Counted from the first letter of the stretch, positions 37,801-47,058 are shown. The stretch is DNA of 64,000 nt from a virus (IMGVR_UViG_3300042869_000717:14208-78207), one strand, 5' to 3'. Made by a program: numbers and translations. The notes: generated from the sequence alone by a model not told the origin.

Positions 37801-38865
37801 ATGGTACAACCAAAATATAGCCCGGCGGAGGCGTTAGAAAGAGTTAAATTGATGATGTCTTACGATATGTCAAAAACTCTGAACGAAAATAAAAAAGAAA
37901 TTGGAATTATTGAAGAACAATACGTGTCACCAACCGTTGCAGGAGCTGGATTAGGAGCCGCTGCGGGAGCAGGATTAGGTGCGTCGGGTGCTTTAGGGGC
38001 TGCGGGGGTTGCGTTACCTAAAATCGCTGGTGCAACTGCAATTGCCGCGTCACAAGGTACGGGATTAGTAGGTGCGTTATCATCTCTTGGGGTTGGGGCG
38101 ACAGCAGCTGGAGCAATTGTAGGAGGAGCAGCCGGACTTGCGTTACTACCATTAGTTTATTGGTTTGTAACAAAAGATACGGGAATGAACAAAGTGAAAA
38201 AAATGTTTGAAATGTGTTCATCTGAGGGTATTAAAATTGCCAAATTACAACGAAAATTACAAGATACTGATTTACGTTCAATTACTGATGATATTGAAGA
38301 CGCAATTGTTAATGATAGTTACGGATTTCAAGGAGGAACTGATGAAGAAAAATTATTTGGAGCATTCAAAAAATTAGAATCCGGTACTGCATCTGATTTC
38401 TGTGCGTTAGTTAAATATTATAACGCACATTCCGATAGTGGTGATTTATTTGATGATTTAGATATCGACATTGATTCGGAGTCTGAATGGAAACAAATAT
38501 ACAGACCAATTAGAAATTGTGTTGAGGATTCTTTATTAACTATTAAAGACACTAGTAGTGGCGGAGGTGGTAATAAAACAGGTGGTAAAACACCCGGTAA
38601 AAGTACTTACAAACCATGTTCAGGAACTTATTCCTATGGATGTAAATCAAATACAATTGCAAAAGTTCAAGGATGTTTAGGATTAACTCCTGACGGAAAA
38701 TTTGGTAAAAAGACTAAAGCCGCGTTAGCATCTAAAGGGTTTACCTCATTTACTGATGCTGATGTTACAAAAATCTGTGCATCTAAACAACCGGTTAAAC
38801 CACAAACAGATGAATTCTCAGTTCAAGCAGATGCGGACGATTCATTATCATTGATTAATACTTAA
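37801..38865 (+). CDS. Gly/Ala-rich membrane-associated protein with C-terminal peptidoglycan-binding-like domain
   Basis: long G/A-rich hydrophobic stretch; C-terminus VQGCLGLTPDGKFGKKTKAALASKGF resembles PG_binding_1. Confidence 0.5.
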   Translation: MVQPKYSPAEALERVKLMMSYDMSKTLNENKKEIGIIEEQYVSPTVAGAGLGAAAGAGLGASGALGAAGVALPKIAGATAIAASQGTGLVGALSSLGVGATAAGAIVGGAAGLALLPLVYWFVTKDTGMNKVKKMFEMCSSEGIKIAKLQRKLQDTDLRSITDDIEDAIVNDSYGFQGGTDEEKLFGAFKKLESGTASDFCALVKYYNAHSDSGDLFDDLDIDIDSESEWKQIYRPIRNCVEDSLLTIKDTSSGGGGNKTGGKTPGKSTYKPCSGTYSYGCKSNTIAKVQGCLGLTPDGKFGKKTKAALASKGFTSFTDADVTKICASKQPVKPQTDEFSVQADADDSLSLINT

Positions 38866-38873
38866 TTTTAAAA

Positions 38874-39797
38874 ATGAAGAAAAGATATATTATAGAAGAA
38901 TCCGAAAAGAATGAAATTTTATCAATGCACAAATCATTGATGAAGGAACAAATACAACCTATTGTACCTGTCACGCCAGTTTCAAACACGGGTGAAGAAA
39001 TATTAAGAAAGGCTAAAGCTGCGGGATGTTTAATTAATGGTCAATTATTTACAAATCCTGATAAAACTAAATTTGTTTATCGTGCAACTACTAAAAGTGG
39101 TAAAGAAATCGACTTTTATGGTGATATGACTTATAAATTTAGAGATGGAAGTAAAAGTGGTAATTGGAAATGTGATAAGATTGCTCAAATGGATTCTCAA
39201 CAAGCGACACAAGCATCTCAAAAAGCAACAGTAGATACTGACATTGCAAGAGAATTGGAACAATACGGATGGAAAAAAAGAGCTGACATTGCCGTAACAG
39301 ATACAGAACTTTCTCAATTATACCAAAAACATCCAAAATACGATTTATATAAATTAAAGGTTAATACTGCAAAACAAGGTGGTTATACTCCGGAACAACA
39401 AGCTTTTATCAATCAATGGATAAAAAACGAAGGATATGTTGAAAAACTAACCCCTGAACAATTAGCATCTGGGACTTATCAAAAAGTTAATGTTCAAGGT
39501 AGTGAACAATATTTCCCTGGAGGTTTAATCATGTATAAACCAGCTGCCGGAGAACAAGATAAAAAAGTGTGTCGAGATAAAGTGAAACAATATTATGATT
39601 ATTGGAAAACTAAAAGAGAAGACATACCTCAAAGTCAATTTGATTCATTAAAATCTCAAGTTCAGGCTTGTGCCAACCAATTTAACGGTAAATGGGGTGG
39701 AGTTTTTAGTATTGTTGACAATTATATTAAAACATTAAGAGGTGGAACGGGTGGGCCATTATCTTATGGTGAAGACGCTAAATGGAGATTGAAATAA
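38874..39797 (+). CDS. IIEESEK-leader family protein
   Basis: N-terminus MKKRYIIEESEKNEILSMHKSLMKEQ. Confidence 0.55.
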   Translation: MKKRYIIEESEKNEILSMHKSLMKEQIQPIVPVTPVSNTGEEILRKAKAAGCLINGQLFTNPDKTKFVYRATTKSGKEIDFYGDMTYKFRDGSKSGNWKCDKIAQMDSQQATQASQKATVDTDIARELEQYGWKKRADIAVTDTELSQLYQKHPKYDLYKLKVNTAKQGGYTPEQQAFINQWIKNEGYVEKLTPEQLASGTYQKVNVQGSEQYFPGGLIMYKPAAGEQDKKVCRDKVKQYYDYWKTKREDIPQSQFDSLKSQVQACANQFNGKWGGVFSIVDNYIKTLRGGTGGPLSYGEDAKWRLK

Positions 39798-39807
39798 TCA
39801 ATAAGTT

Positions 39808-40464
39808 ATGTTAGAAAAACAAATAAAAAGAGCGATATTAGAAGCGAAAGATAATCAAGAAAAAACTTTAATTGAAGAGAATTTAGTTAGAAGTAGAATA
39901 TTAATGATTGTTGAATCGGAAGATAATATTAAAAATTTTAATAAATTACCTAAAAAGAAACAAGAAAAAATTGCTTATTCTCTTCTTGAAGAGATTAATT
40001 TTTTAAGTGAGAATAAAATCTTAAACGAACAATTGATGGACGTTTTAGGAAAATTATTTGGGAGTAATGCTTTGAGTGGAATTGCTCAAACAGTTGTTGA
40101 ACCAATGGTTAAATCTTTAGTTGGAAAGTTAGGGTTAAGTAATTTTTTTACAAATGCAATAACATCATTTATAGTTTCAGACCCAAGAAGATTAGCTTTA
40201 GCTCTTAAAGATTGTAAAGAACTTACAAAATTAATTGCCGAATCATTATCTGAGGCGGTTGTTCAAATGTTAGGTGAAAAAGCCGGACTTGAAGGTCAAG
40301 GGTATTCATTCTTAAGAAATGCTTTGGGAGGTGCTGTTAAAGACACCGCATTTATCTCAAGTTTAGAAAATCAATTATCCGGAATAGTTTGTGGAATGTT
40401 TAATGGTTTTAACAAAAAAGCGACAGATGTTTATAATAAAATTAAACCTGTGGTTACAACATAA
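39808..40464 (+). CDS. hypothetical protein
   Basis: ORF track 218 aa. Confidence 0.5.
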   Translation: MLEKQIKRAILEAKDNQEKTLIEENLVRSRILMIVESEDNIKNFNKLPKKKQEKIAYSLLEEINFLSENKILNEQLMDVLGKLFGSNALSGIAQTVVEPMVKSLVGKLGLSNFFTNAITSFIVSDPRRLALALKDCKELTKLIAESLSEAVVQMLGEKAGLEGQGYSFLRNALGGAVKDTAFISSLENQLSGIVCGMFNGFNKKATDVYNKIKPVVTT

Positions 40465-40526
40465 TAGATATAAAACTCTATTATATAAATTAGATTTTTA
40501 AAAACAAGGGGGTGTTTATCTTATCT

Positions 40527-40561
40527 AAAAAAAAAAGAAGGTAGTAATACCTTCTTTTTTC
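40527..40561. terminator. bidirectional terminator (GAAGGTA-GTAA-TACCTTC flanked by A10/T6)
   Basis: between convergent genes 39808..40464(+) and 40577..41320(-). Confidence 0.75.
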
Positions 40562-40576
40562 ATTTAACACTTATTC

Positions 40577-41320
40577 TTATTTTCTTTTAAGAATTTCTTT
40601 CTCATAATACTCATCAAAACCAATCATCATATCAGTCATTGATTGATTTTTCTCAACACCGATAATTTTATCAATTAATCCAAACTCTAACGCTTCATCT
40701 GAATTAAACCATTTGTCATTTCTTGATGATTCTAACATTTGTTCAAATGTTTTACCACAATTCTCAGCTAATATTTTAAATAACAAGTAGTTATATTTTT
40801 CAGCTTCAAGTTGACCAATTCTAGTGTCTTGAACATTCCCTTGTGTTCCGTGAGACACCATGTGAGTCATAACCTTTGAAAAAATTAAAGATTCCCTTTT
40901 ACCTTTTGCCCCTGAAGATAGTAATACCGAACCCATGGACGCACACATACCAATATTTGTGGTTGCAACATCGGCATTGATGAAGTTCATAGTATCTCTA
41001 ATACCTAAACCACTTAATACACTACCACCCGGAGTTTGTAGATATAAATTGATATCTTTTTTCTTATCCAAATTATCTAAGAAGATAAGTTGTGATTGTA
41101 TAATATCACCCATTCTATCGTCAACCGGACCCGAAGCCCAAAGAATTCTATCCATCATCAAACGAGAAAAAATATCCATTTGAGTTACTCTCATCTCTCT
41201 TTCCTCTAAAATATATGGAGTCATCGAGTTTTGAATGTGATTGTTGAAGTTATGTAAATCCAAAGATGGTTTACCTAAATGTTTTGTGTAATAATTTTGA
41301 AATTCTTGTCCTACGTTCAT
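40577..41320 (-). CDS. clpP: ClpP-family serine protease (possible prohead/maturation protease)
   Basis: LQTPGGSVLSGLGIRDTMNFI ... GMCASMGSVLL (Ser) ... MTHMVSHG (His) ... EALEFGLIDKII; full S14 peptidase signature. Confidence 0.85.
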   Translation of the reverse strand: MNVGQEFQNYYTKHLGKPSLDLHNFNNHIQNSMTPYILEEREMRVTQMDIFSRLMMDRILWASGPVDDRMGDIIQSQLIFLDNLDKKKDINLYLQTPGGSVLSGLGIRDTMNFINADVATTNIGMCASMGSVLLSSGAKGKRESLIFSKVMTHMVSHGTQGNVQDTRIGQLEAEKYNYLLFKILAENCGKTFEQMLESSRNDKWFNSDEALEFGLIDKIIGVEKNQSMTDMMIGFDEYYEKEILKRK

Positions 41321-41376
41321 ATGTTTTAATTTTTGACAAAGATATATAAAAATAATTGATTCACCAAAATATAATT

Positions 41377-41700
41377 TTAATTTTCTTCAGTTGGAGATAT
41401 AATTTCTGAATCAACAACATCAATATTTGATGGGTCAACTTCATCATTATTCATACTAACAGCCGTTCCTTCTTCTAAATCTTCTTCACATTTGTATATG
41501 TGAATTTGGTCGTTATGACCAAAAACAATTACTTTTTTAGAACCGTCATTTAATTTAATGTCTCCTTTAATATCAACAACAATTCCCTCACCCTCTTTAA
41601 AAATAAGACCCAATGCTCTTGCAAAAATTAATGATGCATTAAGTAAATCTTGAACGTCTTGTGTTGTTTCTCCCGTCTCAGGGTTTGTGTAATTTTCCAT
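41377..41700 (-). CDS. acidic hypothetical protein
   Basis: ORF track 107 aa. Confidence 0.45.
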   Translation of the reverse strand: MENYTNPETGETTQDVQDLLNASLIFARALGLIFKEGEGIVVDIKGDIKLNDGSKKVIVFGHNDQIHIYKCEEDLEEGTAVSMNNDEVDPSNIDVVDSEIISPTEEN

Positions 41701-41916
41701 ATAATAAGTTTTTTTTTAAATCTAATAAATTTTGGTAATAAAAAAAAGGGGTAGACCCCTTTTTAAATGTTAAATTATTCGATTGTATAAGGTTTCCAAT
41801 CCTAATAACACAACCCTTCTCATATTTGTATGATTTCCAAAAGTCCCAATTTATAATTGGTCATCATCATATTAATAAATATCTTCAAAATAGTTTGTAG
41901 TATCAATTTTATTTTA

Positions 41917-41924
41917 TATTTTTG
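41917..41924 (+). promoter_or_regulatory. -7 box TATTTTTG upstream of 41946
   Basis: TAnnTTTG 22 nt before ATG. Confidence 0.4.
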
Positions 41925-41945
41925 TCGAAATTAAATTAAAATATT

Positions 41946-42200
41946 ATGCCAAACTTTAGTACCTATGTTAACATTGAACCCTCCGAATATGTTGAAAATT
42001 GTCGGGATTCAGATATTGAAGAATTAGTCGATATCCTTATTGAGGAAGGATATTTAGATGGGGGACCAATCACATCCAACAGACACCATAACCTTTTAGA
42101 TGAGGAATGGAGTGTTATTATGAGTAAATTAATGAAGTCCCGACTAATGTTAACAAACGATGAGGAAATGATTATCAAAAACATTTCAAATAGACTTTAA
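41946..42200 (+). CDS. hypothetical protein
   Basis: ORF track 84 aa. Confidence 0.45.
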   Translation: MPNFSTYVNIEPSEYVENCRDSDIEELVDILIEEGYLDGGPITSNRHHNLLDEEWSVIMSKLMKSRLMLTNDEEMIIKNISNRL

Positions 42201-42204
42201 CTTT

Positions 42205-42552
42205 ATGGCTCACCCAAATTTACATTCAAAATCCTCGGCAAAGAAATTTGGAGGAAAACCGGAAGATTACACTCATTTACATGAATGGATGGATGAAACC
42301 AAATCATGGTATGCGGATTCATTACATAGAATATGGAGACATCACTCAGAAGGAATCTTTGAGATGGAAAAAAGATTTGGTTCAGAATTCCTAAATAGTG
42401 ATGGGAAAATTGTCTACACCCGATATATTGGAGAGCAACATGTTAGAGAAGATTGTAATAATTATATACCAACTGCGAAAGAGTGGGTTGACAATATTAG
42501 AGAAAAAACACGTCCATTATGGATGTTAAAGACACTTAAACTAGAAGACTAA
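42205..42552 (+). CDS. hypothetical protein
   Basis: ORF track 115 aa. Confidence 0.5.
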   Translation: MAHPNLHSKSSAKKFGGKPEDYTHLHEWMDETKSWYADSLHRIWRHHSEGIFEMEKRFGSEFLNSDGKIVYTRYIGEQHVREDCNNYIPTAKEWVDNIREKTRPLWMLKTLKLED

Positions 42553-42563
42553 TATTTATTAGT

Positions 42564-43274
42564 ATGAATGAATTATTAACACCGGAAGAGAAAAAATATT
42601 TAGAAAGAGTTTCGAGATATGTCCAATCAATGGGACAGAAAGTTGTTGAAATTAGAATTGAAGCTAATGAATGGGATAACAAATCAGAAATCAGTAATAT
42701 TGAGTGGGAATATGTAACTAATTTTGATTATAACTCAACTTTAGATATTCCATCAGGATTTATTGAAATATTACAGAAAATTTTTAATTATTTAGATTCA
42801 TCAGGTAGTTATTCTTTTCCTGACATTGAGGGAATTAATTACCACGATTTTTTAATAGATTTTGACACAAGAAATAGAGAATTAACTATAAGACAAATTT
42901 ACAGTTATTATGATGTTGGTGGTAAATCTGAGGTTGATTTTGAAGGGGATGAAGTGGATATGGATTCATTTAGGGATGAATTATCATCTAATAATGTTGA
43001 AATCCCTGAAGATGGTATATTAACCGCTCGTTATAATGGTGGTGGTGATGACGGTTCCCTTGATGGTAGTTTTGACGAGATTAATGAGTCAGTCCCAAGT
43101 CTTATGGAAGATTTTTGTTATACTGTATTATCAAATAATTTTGGTGGTTGGGAAAATAATGAAGGTGGTGAAGGGTATTTTATGTTTAACTTTAATGATA
43201 ATACCGTCACTTTATATCACACTGAAAATATTGAAGAAAACGATTCAAATACATTATTTGAAACAAATTTTTAA
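42564..43274 (+). CDS. acidic hypothetical protein
   Basis: ORF track 236 aa. Confidence 0.5.
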   Translation: MNELLTPEEKKYLERVSRYVQSMGQKVVEIRIEANEWDNKSEISNIEWEYVTNFDYNSTLDIPSGFIEILQKIFNYLDSSGSYSFPDIEGINYHDFLIDFDTRNRELTIRQIYSYYDVGGKSEVDFEGDEVDMDSFRDELSSNNVEIPEDGILTARYNGGGDDGSLDGSFDEINESVPSLMEDFCYTVLSNNFGGWENNEGGEGYFMFNFNDNTVTLYHTENIEENDSNTLFETNF

Positions 43275-43286
43275 AAAAAAAAGAAA

Positions 43287-43451
43287 ATGAATTATTTAAA
43301 TGCAAAAATTTTTTTAGATAAAAAACAAGAGGAACATTTCACTGAATTTGGAGCCTACGCTGATACCAACAGTAAAATAGCTGAGTGGATGGAAGAATAC
43401 CTCCAAGAAGAATTAATAAAATTATCAGAAAAAATATTGACAAGTTTTTAA
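43287..43451 (+). CDS. hypothetical small protein (54 aa, not in track)
   Basis: ATG 43287 .. TAA 43449. Confidence 0.3.
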   Translation: MNYLNAKIFLDKKQEEHFTEFGAYADTNSKIAEWMEEYLQEELIKLSEKILTSF

Positions 43452-43706
43452 ACTTTTCGTAAGTTTGTAATAGTTATTAAAAACACAGGTAGAAATACCT
43501 AAAAAAAAAAAGAAAAATGAAAAATAGTAATAAACATATGAATGTCTCGATTTGGAACCAACAGTTTAGTAATTGTTCGTATCCGCGTATTTCGCATACA
43601 AGTTCAGATAGTTTATTAAATGATTTAACGACAATATAAAAGTTAAACATAAAATATAACCTAAATCCTGAACTCAAAAAGTTCGGGATTTTTTTTTACA
43701 AAAAAG

Positions 43707-43737
43707 TTTGGTAGAAACAAAAAAAGGATTACCTTTG
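43707..43737 (+). promoter_or_regulatory. Bacteroidetes-type promoter (TTTG at 43707 / TACCTTTG at 43730, 19-bp spacer) driving tRNA cluster 1
   Basis: motif pair 50 nt upstream of first tRNA. Confidence 0.55.
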
Positions 43738-43787
43738 TCCCATCAAAAATAAAGGAATTAGTTATTTGACATATTGGTAAGAAAAAT

Positions 43788-43870
43788 GGAGGAGTGGACA
43801 GTTGGTTGTCGAGCGGTCTTGAAAACCGTCGCTCGGAAACGGGTTGCAGGTTCGAATCCTGTCTCCTCCG
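43788..43870 (+). tRNA. tRNA-Ser (anticodon TGA), type II
   Basis: acceptor GGAGGAG/CTCCTCC, anticodon loop CTTGAAA, long variable arm, T-loop TTCGAAT. Confidence 0.6.
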
Positions 43871-43971
43871 CGGGTTAGTTAAATAGTTTAATCCACACCC
43901 AAAAAAGAATGTTCGGAGTGAAGCCGAGGCGAACGTAATTGTGGTAACCGTTCTTTAACTAAAAAATATTT

Positions 43972-44043
43972 TGCCCCTTCGTATATCGGTTAGTACACAT
44001 GGTTTTGGTCCATGCGGGAGTGGTTCGATTCCATTAGGGGTAA
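43972..44043 (+). tRNA. tRNA-Gln (anticodon TTG)
   Basis: acceptor TGCCCCT/AGGGGTA (U1-A72 as in E. coli Gln), anticodon stem CATGG/CCATG loop TTTTGGT, T-loop TTCGATT. Confidence 0.55.
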
Positions 44044-44097
44044 CAAGGGGTTCGGTGGAAACCCACGAGTAGGTGATGAGCCTATGTCCACCACAAT

Positions 44098-44169
44098 ACT
44101 GATGTAGCTCAGTGGTAGAGCACTTCTTTCATACGGAAGGTGTCGGTGGTTCAATCCCACCCATCGGTA
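44098..44169 (+). tRNA. tRNA-Met (anticodon CAT), copy 1
   Basis: acceptor ACTGATG/CATCGGT, D-arm GCTCAGTGGTAGAGC, anticodon loop TTCATAC, T-loop TTCAATC. Confidence 0.65.
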
Positions 44170-44175
44170 CAATTT

Positions 44176-44246
44176 ACCTCGTTGGCGTAATAGGAGCGTA
44201 TTTGTTTTACATACAAATGGCGGTGGAGCGTAACCATCACGAGGTA
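44176..44246 (+). tRNA. tRNA-like, anticodon TAC (Val?) with non-canonical D-arm and T-loop AGCGTAA
   Basis: perfect 7-bp acceptor ACCTCGT/ACGAGGT, perfect anticodon stem ATTTGT/ACAAAT loop TTTACAT, T-stem GGTGG/CCATC; D-stem not foldable. Confidence 0.35.
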
Positions 44247-44251
44247 CAAAA

Positions 44252-44332
44252 GGAAAATAAAAGTCGTTCGGATACGGCACCCTGACTGTAAATCAGGTCC
44301 TCACGGGAGTGGTTCGAGTCCACTATTTTCCA
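44252..44332 (+). tRNA. tRNA-Tyr (anticodon GTA), D-arm atypical
   Basis: acceptor GGAAAAT/ATTTTCC, anticodon stem CCTGA/TCAGG loop CTGTAAA, T-arm AGTGG-TTCGAGT-CCACT. Confidence 0.45.
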
Positions 44333-44491
44333 CTATAATAATGGTTTTCTCTATCCATCGGATGTCGACAATTCAGGATAGGTCAAAGAAATCATCACCC
44401 CCCTGAAAAGGGAATGTGCCGAGGGCCTCGTAAAACTACGATTAAGCACTTAAGATTGGAGCGAGACGGGTACTCCAACATTATTATAATT

Positions 44492-44564
44492 GTGTCTTTC
44501 GTATAGCTGGTGCGTACGTCCGCCTGAAGAGCGAAAGGAACAGGTTCGATTCCTGTAGGACACA
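44492..44564 (+). tRNA. tRNA-Phe (anticodon GAA)
   Basis: acceptor GTGTCTT/AGGACAC, D-arm GTAT..GTAC, anticodon loop CTGAAGA, T-arm ACAGG-TTCGATT-CCTGT. Confidence 0.6.
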
Positions 44565-44714
44565 CAAACGAGGTAATCGTTCCCAGAGTTGGTAAGGCCT
44601 TACCGGGACTCAAGAAAAGTAAAGTTACAGATGGATGCGTAACGCCTTGGACTACTATGACTTAATAATGATACGAGCTTCATACGTTCGCAAAATAACA
44701 TAGTGGTCAAAATC

Positions 44715-44786
44715 GGATTGGTAGCTCAGAGGAAGAGCGGCAGGTTGTTAGTCTGCGGGTCGGGATTTCGAAATTCCCCCGGTCCT
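44715..44786 (+). tRNA. tRNA-Asn (anticodon GTT), copy 1 (one T-stem mismatch)
   Basis: acceptor GGATTGG/CCGGTCC, D-arm GCTCAGAGGAAGAGC, anticodon stem GCAGG/TCTGC loop TTGTTAG. Confidence 0.5.
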
Positions 44787-44850
44787 CGAGGTCACCTTAC
44801 ACCTCCTATATGGCACTCGGTCCGTTAAGCCGGGGAAGTAAGGTAAAAAT

Positions 44851-44924
44851 TCTTCAGTAGCTCAGTTGGTTAGAGCATCGTACTGTTAATACGAGAGTCC
44901 TAGGTTCAAGTCCTAGCTGGAGAG
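44851..44924 (+). tRNA. tRNA-Asn (anticodon GTT), copy 2
   Basis: acceptor TCTTCAG/CTGGAGA, D-arm GCTCAGTTGGTTAGAGC, anticodon stem TCGTA/TACGA loop CTGTTAA, T-arm CTAGG-TTCAAGT-CCTAG. Confidence 0.65.
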
Positions 44925-44939
44925 CAAAATAAAGTACAT

Positions 44940-45013
44940 GGTGATTGTAGCTGAATTGGTAAAGCGTCTGGTTGTGGTCCAGGAGATTGTGGGTTCGAGT
45001 CCCACCTTTCACA
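44940..45013 (+). tRNA. tRNA-His (anticodon GTG) with extra 5' G(-1); acceptor has two U-U mismatches
   Basis: anticodon stem TCTGG/CCAGG loop TTGTGGT, T-arm GTGGG-TTCGAGT-CCCAC, G-1 present. Confidence 0.45.
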
Positions 45014-45068
45014 CTTAATTAAAATATTATGAAAAAGGTATTAGACAATCTTTGAGGTCCACTAAACA

Positions 45069-45272
45069 ATGGACTCAGAGATTATGAGTGTAAACACAAA
45101 CAGAATGAAATTGAACAAGGCGACTTGTTCAAAAGATTATAGATTGATTTGGTTAAAGTTTGAATACCCACCATATTGGGACGAGGGTGTTCATTACAGA
45201 AAAGGTCAGTTCTCTCACAAATATAGAGAACACAAAACTTGGAAGTATAACCGAAAAACTCAATGGAAATAA
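45069..45272 (+). CDS. hypothetical small protein within tRNA cluster (uncertain)
   Basis: ORF track 67 aa; no overlap with tRNAs. Confidence 0.25.
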   Translation: MDSEIMSVNTNRMKLNKATCSKDYRLIWLKFEYPPYWDEGVHYRKGQFSHKYREHKTWKYNRKTQWK

Positions 45273-45512
45273 AAATTGGTAAATATTAAGTATCTTTGTA
45301 AATTAATCTGGGACAATCAGATAGAGGTGAAACCTTAAAAGTTTCTGAAATATAATACAGAAGTCCAGGTAAGTCTGGAATAGAATATCTCTAATTTACA
45401 TAAAGATACTATCAGTAATGGTAAATGTGTTGTTCCCGGTGGGAGGGGAATGGAATAGTCGGGTGAGATTATAAATTTTAAAGGATTTATGTCTATATTT
45501 GCACAACACGAG

Positions 45513-45660
45513 GAGTTCTCAACCTCAAAATTAAAGTAGTTCAGTTGGTTAGAACAGACATACCTAACTCGAAAGAGAAAAACAACGAATAAGGGACGGA
45601 GTCACATCCAATACCGAACTAAGTGGAAAAGGAAATCAGGTCGTAGGTTCGAGTCCTACC
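45513..45660 (+). ncRNA. 148-nt tRNA-like gene with ~75-nt internal insertion (canonical acceptor ATTAAAG/CTTTAAT, D-arm GTTCAGTTGGTTAGAAC, T-arm GTAGG-TTCGAGT-CCTAC)
   Basis: 5' and 3' tRNA halves intact, anticodon arm not identifiable; preceded by conserved motif GAGGAGTTCTCAACCTCAAA. Confidence 0.35.
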
Positions 45661-45765
45661 TTTAATTCGAAATGTGTTATTCCCGATACGGTACGCAAAC
45701 CGTTGTGAGATGAGGGGTACTAAAAACTAGAGTATAAGTTCTCTATGACACAGAGGAATTCTCAA

Positions 45766-45908
45766 CCTCAAATTGGTCAGGTGGCGGAATTGGTAGACGC
45801 GTAATGGGTGATTGATTAATCGGGCCGTGAGACATCACATTAAATATGTTGACCATCCCGAAGAACCGAGTAAAATTGGTCTTTTCAATCGTACAGGTTC
45901 GAGACCTG
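45766..45908 (+). ncRNA. 143-nt tRNA-Leu-like gene with ~55-nt internal insertion (acceptor GGTCAGG/CCTGACC, Leu-type D-arm TGGCGGAATTGGTAGACGCG, T-arm ACAGG-TTCGAGA-CCTGT)
   Basis: D-arm matches bacterial tRNA-Leu; preceded by GAGGAATTCTCAACCTCAAA. Confidence 0.4.
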
Positions 45909-45965
45909 TCCTGACCACAAGGATGTTCCACCCTTACCAAATAATAGGGATGACTGATGGAAAGA

Positions 45966-46038
45966 CATCAAATTGTCTCCATCGTTCAACTGGAAAGGAC
46001 TTATCTTTACGACAGATAGAATAGGGGTTCGAATCCTC
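45966..46038 (+). tRNA. tRNA-Arg (anticodon ACG)
   Basis: acceptor GTCTCCA/TGGGGAC, anticodon stem TATCT/AGATA loop TTACGAC, T-loop TTCGAAT. Confidence 0.65.
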
Positions 46039-46071
46039 TTGGGGACACAAAAAAAACTTGAACTTTTCAAT

Positions 46072-46079
46072 ATTTTTGA
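46072..46079 (+). promoter_or_regulatory. -7 box TATTTTTG upstream of 46108
   Basis: TAnnTTTG 29 nt before ATG. Confidence 0.4.
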
Positions 46080-46107
46080 TATATTTATTAATAAACAAAT
46101 TAAGTAA

Positions 46108-46902
46108 ATGGAAACAGAAAAATTAAAAGATTCAATATTAAAATTGAGGTTAGAAGGATATAGTATTACAAATATTAAAAATATATTGGGTTGTAGCGTC
46201 GGTGTTATTTCATATCATATTAATAAAAATGGTATGGGAGGTGTTCACGAAAATTATAAAACAACAACAATAAATGATGAAGATTTTTTAAAACTAATTG
46301 ACAAATCGGTAATTGATAAAATTATTAATTTAAAACAAAATGGTGAAACATATAAAAGTATTTTTCCCCAAGTTAATATTAGTCAAGATAAAGTAATCAG
46401 AATTTGTAAAATTTTTAATCTTAATAAAAATAAAAATGAATTAAGATTTAAAGATGAGGATTTTATAAAAAAAATAAAAGAATTATATGACAAAATTGGT
46501 AGCATCCGAAAAGTTAGTGAAATATTAGGAGTTGGTAGAAAGATTATTAGTAGTATTGTTGAGGTCAAAACTCAAACCGCGATTGAACGTAGGAAAAGTT
46601 CTGTTGAACACGTAGTTAGATGTCGTAAAAATAGAAAAAAAAGATTAGTTGAGTATAAAGGTGGTTGTTGTCAGAGATGTGGTTATAGTAAATCTATGAA
46701 CGCCTTACAATTTCACCATATCAATCCTGATGAAAAAGATTTTACTATAGGGGGTAAAAATTATTCAGAAGAAAAAATGAAAAAAGAGGTTGATAAATGT
46801 GTTTTGGTTTGTAGTAATTGTCATTGTGAAATACACGAAGAAATAACTGAAACAGGTAAATCAGAATTTATTGTTAATTATTCAAAAAGAGAATTGCTGT
46901 AA
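46108..46902 (+). CDS. HNH homing endonuclease with N-terminal HTH repeats, inserted in tRNA cluster
   Basis: GGCCQRCGYSKSMNALQFHHINPDEKDFT ... CVLVCSNCHCEIHEE (HNH); two HTH-like N-terminal modules. Confidence 0.8.
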   Translation: METEKLKDSILKLRLEGYSITNIKNILGCSVGVISYHINKNGMGGVHENYKTTTINDEDFLKLIDKSVIDKIINLKQNGETYKSIFPQVNISQDKVIRICKIFNLNKNKNELRFKDEDFIKKIKELYDKIGSIRKVSEILGVGRKIISSIVEVKTQTAIERRKSSVEHVVRCRKNRKKRLVEYKGGCCQRCGYSKSMNALQFHHINPDEKDFTIGGKNYSEEKMKKEVDKCVLVCSNCHCEIHEEITETGKSEFIVNYSKRELL

Positions 46903-46972
46903 CGGTATCAGAACACACTGCTAATGTGTCCCTCCTTAAATGGGGGTATGGGTTCGAATCCCATATTCTCTA
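46888..46972 (+). tRNA. tRNA-Ser (anticodon GCT), type II; 5' end overlaps last 15 nt of HNH gene
   Basis: acceptor AGAGAAT/ATTCTCT perfect, anticodon stem ACACA/TGTGT loop CTGCTAA, long variable arm CCTCCTTAAATGGGGG, T-arm ATGGG-TTCGAAT-CCCAT. Confidence 0.7.
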
Positions 46973-46986
46973 CAAAAAAAATATAT

Positions 46987-47058
46987 TAGGGTGTATTCTC
47001 GGGGTGAGAAGCCTGCATTGGAGGCAGGAAGCGGAGAGTTCGACCCTCTCCACCCTAA
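46987..47058 (+). tRNA. tRNA-Pro (anticodon TGG)
   Basis: acceptor TAGGGTG/CACCCTA, D-stem TTCT/AGAA, anticodon stem CCTGC/GCAGG loop ATTGGAG, T-arm GAGAG-TTCGACC-CTCTC. Confidence 0.7.

Noticed and set aside
45513-45908. Group I intron interpretation of the insertions in the two long tRNA-like genes
   Set aside because: Insertions are only ~55-75 nt, far below the ~200+ nt needed for a group I catalytic core; no P7-like elements seen
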